Assembly: GCA_965215195.1 (NCBI GenBank)
Contig: CBDCDC010000002.1
Span: 288,001 to 352,000 of the forward strand
Direction: 5' to 3'
DNA length: 64,000 nt
Source of the DNA: Candidatus Latescibacterota bacterium
GTDB taxonomy: Bacteria > Latescibacterota > UBA2968 > UBA8231
Shown: piece by piece, positions 57,906 to 64,000 of the stretch
How positions within the stretch are numbered: the first letter of the stretch is position 1
Layout: every line of letters begins with the position of its first letter
Program-made: the position numbers and the translations under genes
The notes under the pieces: model-generated
The model's database searches: none
What the model saw: only the letters and a program-made list of their open reading frames with translations
What the model was told of the DNA's origin: nothing

Positions 57906-59534
57906 ATGCTCAAGTTTCTTCTGCTTCTGTTGCTCGCATCCGTCCCTCTCTACGCCAACCCCCGCTTCCACGACGCCACCCAAGAAGCGGGCATCGGCTT
58001 CGTCCACGTCAATGGGGCCAACGGCCAGAAGTTCGTCATTGAAACGGTCGGTCCCGGCGGCGGCTTTTTCGACTACGATGGCGACGGTCGCCTCGACATC
58101 TATCTAATCAACGGTGCCGCTGTGCCTGAGACCGAATACGATCCTGCGCCGCAAAATGCGCTCTACCGCAACAGAGGCGACGGCACCTTCGCCGATGTAA
58201 CCGCGCACGCTGGAGTTGGCGACACGGGCTACGGCATGGGCTGCGCGGTCGGCGACACGGACAACGACGGCGACCTCGATCTGTACGCGACCAACTTTGG
58301 TGCCAATGTGTTGTATCGGAACGAGGGCCATGGAACGTTTGCGGATGTGACGGGCGCGGCCCAAGTCGGCGACGAAGGCTGGGGAGCGAGTGCTGCGTTT
58401 GCCGACATCGACCGCGATGGCTTCGTGGATTTGTACGTGGCCAACTACCACAACTTCTCCTATGCCAATCACCGCGTCTGCGCCGAGGGCGGCAGCGGCT
58501 TGCAACTCTATTGCGGCCCGGAGGCCTTTGACGGGGTTCCCGATGTGCTCTACCGCAACCAAGGCGACGGCACCTTTGCCGACATCACCACCGCGGCCGG
58601 GCTAGACAGTGCCGAGGGCAAGGAGCTAGGCGTGGTCTTCGGCGACGTGGATCTAGACGGCGACCCCGACCTGTACTTGGCCAACGACAAGACCTTGAAC
58701 TTCTTGTACCTCAACGACGGCAGCGGCCACTTTGCGGAAGAGGGGCTTCTGGCCGGAGTCGCGTACAACGAGGACGGCGATGTCGAAGCGGGCATGGGCG
58801 TTGACATGGGCGACTACGACAACGACGGCGACCCCGACCTTTTTGTCACCAACTTTCAATGGGAGACCAACACCCTGTACAAGAACCTCGGCGACGGCAC
58901 CTTTGTCGATGAGACCTTCCTATCCGGGTTGGGCAAGGGCAGCATTGCCTACTTGGCGTGGGGTACGCGCTTTTTCGATGCCGACAACGACGGCGACCGC
59001 GATCTTTTTATCGCCAATGGCCACTTGGAAAGCGATGTCGAGCAATACGAGAACGCGACCTTCCCCCAGCGCAATCAGCTCTTTCTCAACACCGGCGACG
59101 GTCGCTTTGAGGAATGCGCAGCCGATGGCGGTGCTCTGTCCTTGAAACGGGTCAGTCGCGGCGCGGCCTTTGGCGACTACGACGACGATGGCGATATCGA
59201 CGTGCTGGTGGCCAATGTCGCGGCCCAGCCAACCTTGATGCGCAACGACGGCGCGGGCGGCCATTGGGTGCGCCTGCGGCTGGAGGGCCGCGACAGCAAC
59301 CGCGCTGGCATCGGCGCTCGCGTCGACGTCGCAAGCGGCGGGCAAGTGCAGACGGACGAAGTGCGCTCAGGGGCTAGCTTCCTCTCGCAGAGCGACCTGC
59401 GGCTGCACTTCGGGCTGGGAACGGCCACCCGCATTGAGCGCGTAGTCGTCTATTGGCCGAGCGGCCGGGTTGAGGAATACGCAGACTTAGGCATAAACCA
59501 AGAGCATCTGCTCGTCGAAGGAGCAGCGCGATGA
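57906..59534 (+). CDS. CRTAC1 family protein (FG-GAP + ASPIC/UnbV)
   Basis: Signal peptide, FG-GAP repeats, SNRAGIGARV...SFLSQSDLRLHFGLG...WPSG. Confidence 0.88.
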   Translation: MLKFLLLLLLASVPLYANPRFHDATQEAGIGFVHVNGANGQKFVIETVGPGGGFFDYDGDGRLDIYLINGAAVPETEYDPAPQNALYRNRGDGTFADVTAHAGVGDTGYGMGCAVGDTDNDGDLDLYATNFGANVLYRNEGHGTFADVTGAAQVGDEGWGASAAFADIDRDGFVDLYVANYHNFSYANHRVCAEGGSGLQLYCGPEAFDGVPDVLYRNQGDGTFADITTAAGLDSAEGKELGVVFGDVDLDGDPDLYLANDKTLNFLYLNDGSGHFAEEGLLAGVAYNEDGDVEAGMGVDMGDYDNDGDPDLFVTNFQWETNTLYKNLGDGTFVDETFLSGLGKGSIAYLAWGTRFFDADNDGDRDLFIANGHLESDVEQYENATFPQRNQLFLNTGDGRFEECAADGGALSLKRVSRGAAFGDYDDDGDIDVLVANVAAQPTLMRNDGAGGHWVRLRLEGRDSNRAGIGARVDVASGGQVQTDEVRSGASFLSQSDLRLHFGLGTATRIERVVVYWPSGRVEEYADLGINQEHLLVEGAAR

Positions 59535-60892
59535 GGGTGCTGCTGATTTGCCTCGCGCTGTGCGCCTGCGCCGAGGAAAGCCCGCGCCCCGGCGCGGCCA
59601 TGGACGCCGAAATGCACTTTGTGCGCGGCACCGCGCTCGCCTCCGAGGGCCGCCACACCGAGGCCATTGACGCGTACCAACGGGCCGCTTCGCTCGCGCC
59701 CGGGTCCGCCAAGATCCACTACAACCTCGGCAACGCGTACGCGCACCAGCTCAATTACCCCGGTGCGATGGCGGCCTATCAGCGGGTATTGGCGCTGGAC
59801 TCGACGCACGTGTCGGCGCGGCACAACCTCGCGGCCATGTACGTCAAACAGCTCAACTACGCCCAAGCCATTGACGAACACCGCCGGGTGCTCTCGTTAG
59901 ACCCAGGCCATCTGACGACCTACTACGACCTCGGCTACATCTACTTCTTGCGCGGCGAGTACGGGGAGGTGGAAACCCTGCTGCAAGCGGGCTTAGACCG
60001 CGACTCAACCAATGCCTCCTTCTACCGGCTCTTGGGCCGGACGCGCCTCAAGGAACTCGACTTCGAGCGGGCCGGGGCCGCCCTGACGCACGCGATCGCG
60101 CTGGACAGCACGTACGCGGCCGCGTACGTCGATCTGGCGCAGGTGGAGCTCAAGCGGCGTGCGTACGCGGCCGCTGAACGCGCCGCCCGCCGCGCCATGG
60201 CGCTCGACCCTTCGGCCAAAGAGGCGTACTTCGCGCTGGCCAATGCCCTCAAGCGACTCGGCCGGCGCGAGGAGAGCAGCCAAGTGCTGGAGCAGTTTCG
60301 CGCTCTCGACGATCAGCTCGACAAAATCGACGACCAGTTGCGGATGCTGGGCAATGCGCCCGACGACCACGAGGCGCGGGCGCAGTTGGGCCTGTTGTAC
60401 ACCGAACAGGGCCGCTTGGCCGAAGCGGCCGAAGCGTATCGGCTGGCCGTGCGTCTCGCGCCGGACAGCCTGCGCTACCGCAACAACCTAGGCAACCTCT
60501 ACCTGCGCTTGGGCCAATTAGCCGAGGCCGTCGCCGAGTATCGCGCCGCGCTGGCCTTGGACCCAGCATACGCCAAGGCCCACTACAATTTAGGGCAGGC
60601 GTATATGCGCTTGCAGCGCTTTGACGAGGCCATGGCGAGCCTGCGCGAGGCGCACAAGCGGACCCCGGCAGATGTGGACGTCAACTACTTCTTGGGCTTG
60701 CTCTATGCCCGCGAGGGCGATTTTGCGCGGGCCGCAGAGGTGTTGGCGACCGCCGTGGCCGGGCGACCGGAATTTTTGGATGCGCGGCAGAAATTGGCCA
60801 TCGCCTATCTAAAAGCCGGGGACGTGGAAAAGAGCAAGCAGGAGCTAACAACCATTAAAAAGATGAAGGAAGAACGTGAAGCAAACGAGTAG
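59531..60892 (+). CDS. TPR lipoprotein
   Basis: LCAC lipobox, repeated HYNLG/NNLG TPR motifs. Confidence 0.85.
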   Translation: MRVLLICLALCACAEESPRPGAAMDAEMHFVRGTALASEGRHTEAIDAYQRAASLAPGSAKIHYNLGNAYAHQLNYPGAMAAYQRVLALDSTHVSARHNLAAMYVKQLNYAQAIDEHRRVLSLDPGHLTTYYDLGYIYFLRGEYGEVETLLQAGLDRDSTNASFYRLLGRTRLKELDFERAGAALTHAIALDSTYAAAYVDLAQVELKRRAYAAAERAARRAMALDPSAKEAYFALANALKRLGRREESSQVLEQFRALDDQLDKIDDQLRMLGNAPDDHEARAQLGLLYTEQGRLAEAAEAYRLAVRLAPDSLRYRNNLGNLYLRLGQLAEAVAEYRAALALDPAYAKAHYNLGQAYMRLQRFDEAMASLREAHKRTPADVDVNYFLGLLYAREGDFARAAEVLATAVAGRPEFLDARQKLAIAYLKAGDVEKSKQELTTIKKMKEEREANE

Positions 60893-60937
60893 GTACTGGA
60901 CGTTGTGGGTGAGAAGGGCTAGCGGAGGTCGTGCAAC

Positions 60938-62509
60938 GTGAATGAGCGTTGGCTGGCAACGGCACTTTTCGCGGTGCTGATCGGCCTAAGCGGCTGCGCC
61001 GAGGACGACCCGCCCGGGCCCACTGAAGACGCCGTCTTGGCGGAGGTGGGGCAAACGGCGCTTCGGGTGGCGGACTACCGCCAGTACATCGCGCGGGTGG
61101 CGCCGGAATTGCGGGCCGAGTACGGGGCCGAGCGGCTCTTGGAGGCCATCGTCGAGCAAACCCTGCTCGTGCAGGAAGCCGAGCGGCGCGGGTTGGGCGA
61201 GAGCGCGGAGTTTTTGCAATGGCAGGCGCAGGCGCAGGCGCGGCTGGTGCAGCAGGCCCTGTACGAGCGCGCCGGGATCGTCCAGCCCGAGGTCGCCGAG
61301 GAGGAACTGCGGGCCTATTTCCAGCGCAGCCCGTACAACCGCCGCGTGCGCTTCAGCCTGCTGATGGTGCGCGACCAAGGGCAGCTAGCGGGGATTTTGG
61401 CCGCACTGGCCGCGGGAGCGGACTTTGAGGAGCTGTCGCTGCAGCACTCGCAGGACTCGCGGATTCTGGAGCGCCGCGCCGACATGGGCTACCACCGCTG
61501 GGGCGATACCATGGCCTCGCACGCTGCCCTGACCGAAAGGGCTTTTTCCATGCAGATCGGAGCGATCTCCGAGCCGATGCAGGTGGCCGACGGGTACTTT
61601 CTCATCAAGCTCACGGACGCGCATCCGGTCAGCTTTGAGCAGGAGCGGGAGACCATTGAGCGCTTGGTGCTGCGGGAAAAATTAGGACGGCAGCTTTTGG
61701 CTTATTACGACACCCTGCACGTGCGCTACAATGTGCGCTACGAGCCGGATGGGCTGGCAGGGGGCCGGTCGCCCGAGGCGGTCGTGGCTGCGTACGACGG
61801 CGGGGTGCTCACGGTCGCGCAGGCCCGCCAACTCCTAAAGGGCCAAGGTGCCGGCGAAAAGGTGCTGCGGCGCGAGCTCGGGCGGCGCGTGTTGGTTCCG
61901 CTCGAAACCGCACGGCTCGCGCTGGCGGCCGACCCGGACCTACAGCGCGCACTGGAGCGACTGCGGCAGACGCAGCTTGCGCGGCGCTTGCAGGACGCCC
62001 TGCAAGCGCAGGTGCCGCCGCCCAATTCCAACGGCCTGAGCCTGTTTTACGAAGAGCACAAGCACCGCTACCTTGCGCCGGCCGAGGTGGAGGTGCGCCG
62101 GCTTCTCGCCCGCGACGAGGCCGAGGGCAGCGCCATTGTCGAGCAGATGCGCGCCGGCCGCGATACGACCGCGCTAGTGGACCGCTTCGTCAGCGTGATT
62201 TACGGCAGCGGAGCCTTAGCGGGCGACAATCCGGTCAGCCGCGCCCTGCGCGCCGACGAAGGGACCGTGCACGGCCCCTTTGCTACGGATAATGGTTATA
62301 TTGTCTTACAGGTGTTGCGCCGCCGGCCGGCCCGGCTGCCGCCGCTAAGCGAAATCCGCGAGCAGGTGGAGGCGGATTGGGCGGCGGCCCAGATCCAAGC
62401 GGCGGTCCAAGAGTTGGCCGCGTCTCTGCGCCAGCGCCGCGCCCACGAAATCCGCTTCAGCCCAGACGCTGTGGCGTTAGCCCTTTTGGCCACTTCCCAT
62501 GGCGAATAG
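60938..62509 (+). CDS. Peptidyl-prolyl isomerase (PpiC/SurA-like) lipoprotein
   Basis: LSGC lipobox, GADFEELSLQHSQD...DMGY, GPFATDNGY. Confidence 0.8.
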   Translation: MNERWLATALFAVLIGLSGCAEDDPPGPTEDAVLAEVGQTALRVADYRQYIARVAPELRAEYGAERLLEAIVEQTLLVQEAERRGLGESAEFLQWQAQAQARLVQQALYERAGIVQPEVAEEELRAYFQRSPYNRRVRFSLLMVRDQGQLAGILAALAAGADFEELSLQHSQDSRILERRADMGYHRWGDTMASHAALTERAFSMQIGAISEPMQVADGYFLIKLTDAHPVSFEQERETIERLVLREKLGRQLLAYYDTLHVRYNVRYEPDGLAGGRSPEAVVAAYDGGVLTVAQARQLLKGQGAGEKVLRRELGRRVLVPLETARLALAADPDLQRALERLRQTQLARRLQDALQAQVPPPNSNGLSLFYEEHKHRYLAPAEVEVRRLLARDEAEGSAIVEQMRAGRDTTALVDRFVSVIYGSGALAGDNPVSRALRADEGTVHGPFATDNGYIVLQVLRRRPARLPPLSEIREQVEADWAAAQIQAAVQELAASLRQRRAHEIRFSPDAVALALLATSHGE

Positions 62510-63551
62510 TTCCATCGTCCTGCAACCGGCCTATATCGTCGATCGCCGGCAGGACTATATCTGGTTTGTGGGCCTGCCCTTTGCCGCGGTCTGCTTTGCG
62601 CTGGTGTCCGGGCACTACCTGCCGGGGGCCGCGCTGGCGGCCATCGCCTTGTGGGTGACCATTCCCCACCACTTCGTCACTTGGCTGCGCGTCTATGGCT
62701 CGCCGGCCGAGTTTGCCCGCTTCAAGGAGCGGTTCATTCTCGGGCCGGTGGTGCTGATCGCCTTTGCCTACGGCCTGATCCAGTGGGCGCCGTTGAGCTT
62801 GGTGTTGATCGTGACCTTGTGGGATCACCAGCACAGCTTGATGCAGCAATACGGCTTTGCGCGCGTGTACGACTTCAAGGCCAAGGCCGGCGCACCGGCC
62901 ACCGCCAAGTTCGACTTGGCCTTCAATTGGATCTTCTTTGGCAACATGCTGGTGGTGTCGCCGCTGTTTTCCGCGGTCTGGGTGCGCATGTTGCACGAGT
63001 GGCACTTGCCCATCGGCGCGGAGGCCGTAAAGACGGTCCACCTCGTCTCGTGGACCATGGCCATTGGTTACAGCCTGATCTACTTGGGTCATATTGCCTA
63101 TTGCGTCCGGCGCGGCTTGGCGCTCAACCCCCTCAAGTACGCCTTTTTGCTGTCGAGCTATTTCCTGTGGTACTTCACTAGTTTTACCACGGCCTATCTG
63201 CTCGTCTTTGCGGTGGCGCACCGGATCATGCACGGGATCCAATACATCGTCATGGTGTATTTCTACAACCGCCACAAGGTCGAGCGCACCGGCGGCGACT
63301 CGGCCCTGTTGCGCTACGTGGCGAGCAAGGGCGGCGTCAAGTTCTTTCTCCTGCTGTGCGCGGCCTACGCCGTCGTCTTTCACGCGCTGAGCGAGGGCTT
63401 GGTGCGCGACTTTGGCTTTGGCTTAGTCGGCTTTAACACCAATTTCGACCTCTTCAGCTATTCGCTGCTCAGTTCCTTTGCCCTGATCCACTACTACTAC
63501 GACGCATTTATATGGAAAGTGCGGAAAAAGGATGTGCAGGAGGGACTTTAA
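62499..63551 (+). CDS. His-rich polytopic membrane protein of unknown function
   Basis: PHHFVTWLRVY, WDHQHSLMQQYGF, HGIQY, HYYYDAFIWK. Confidence 0.65.
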   Translation: MANSSIVLQPAYIVDRRQDYIWFVGLPFAAVCFALVSGHYLPGAALAAIALWVTIPHHFVTWLRVYGSPAEFARFKERFILGPVVLIAFAYGLIQWAPLSLVLIVTLWDHQHSLMQQYGFARVYDFKAKAGAPATAKFDLAFNWIFFGNMLVVSPLFSAVWVRMLHEWHLPIGAEAVKTVHLVSWTMAIGYSLIYLGHIAYCVRRGLALNPLKYAFLLSSYFLWYFTSFTTAYLLVFAVAHRIMHGIQYIVMVYFYNRHKVERTGGDSALLRYVASKGGVKFFLLLCAAYAVVFHALSEGLVRDFGFGLVGFNTNFDLFSYSLLSSFALIHYYYDAFIWKVRKKDVQEGL

Positions 63552-63566
63552 TCAAGAGATGGAGCC

Positions 63567-64000
63567 ATGATCGAATTAGCCATCGTCCTCGCCGTTGCCG
63601 CGCTCGCCGTTGTCGCGGCCATGGTCCGCCAAACTACAGCCGATGCGTGCTACGACCTCTCCGACGGAGAGCGCCATCCGCACAAGTGGGGCTACACGGA
63701 CACCCGCTTTGAGTTCGACGGCCCGAAAACCGTGCGGGTTACGGGCAGCCGCTATCCACTGGCCGGTTTCACCATGCCGCACTTCATCCCCTTTGTCGAG
63801 GAGATGCTCCAAGTCCCGATTGACCCCAACGAGATGGCCGTCGAAAAAGAGATCCACGTGGTGCCGCCCTCGCGGGCCGACGCAAGCCTCGTGGCCGCTT
63901 GGCAAGACGCGCTCGGGGCAGAGCGGGTGTCGCTCGACGACGCGGAGCGCCTAATCCACAGCCACGGCCAGCTCAGCGTCGACGAGGTCTATCGCCTGCT
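63567..64000 (+). CDS. FAD-binding oxidoreductase, alkyldihydroxyacetone-phosphate synthase-like; runs off the right edge
   Basis: Manual translation MIELAIVL...HKWGYTDTRFEF...VTGSRYPLAG..MPHFIPF...ERLIHSHGQLSVDEVY resembles the AGPS N-terminus. Confidence 0.6.
   Translation, partial: MIELAIVLAVAALAVVAAMVRQTTADACYDLSDGERHPHKWGYTDTRFEFDGPKTVRVTGSRYPLAGFTMPHFIPFVEEMLQVPIDPNEMAVEKEIHVVPPSRADASLVAAWQDALGAERVSLDDAERLIHSHGQLSVDEVYRL

Overview
A 64-kb, mostly GC-rich bacterial window. The gene content (FlgD-Ig/T9SS-like secreted proteins, 'TWGxIK'-tailed proteins, DUF6785, CRTAC1/ASPIC, many TPR and PPIase genes) suggests a Latescibacterota/Poribacteria-like FCB-group organism; this taxonomy is inference only. 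Layout: (i) 1-5.2 kb: metabolic and accessory genes. (ii) About 5.3-13.6 kb: a defence island, AT-richer in parts, with a MenAT-like nucleotidyltransferase pair, a wrecked type I R-M locus (G8 frameshift, 105-bp MITE, hsdM-hsdS deletion), an intact Ec67-type retron (RT-TOPRIM plus a readable msr-msd ncRNA at 11600-11741) and an XRE-ImmA gene. (iii) 13.6-34.5 kb: a 21-kb co-oriented cell-envelope cluster of unknown function (CBM9-like protein, three FlgD-Ig paralogues ending in Tyr, an 870-aa putative OM protein, PPIase, lipoprotein, M28-FtsX fusion, DUF6785, OPT-like transporter). (iv) 34.4-40.8 kb: a tyrosine recombinase between 110-bp inverted copies of the RBS/start of the first gene of that cluster (the second copy has ATG>ACG), followed by IS4/IS5 elements, an inverted OPT-gene fragment, a MITE and a pair of 36-bp direct repeats. 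(v) 40.8-64 kb: a fourth FlgD paralogue, an FGE/di-heme peroxidase/CRTAC1/TPR/PPIase cluster, decayed TA fragments and the start of an alkyl-DHAP-synthase-like gene. The best candidates for an undescribed system are the recombinase/inverted-repeat switch and the envelope cluster it would control. No tRNA, rRNA or cas genes were seen. All family calls come from motif recognition, not from database searches.
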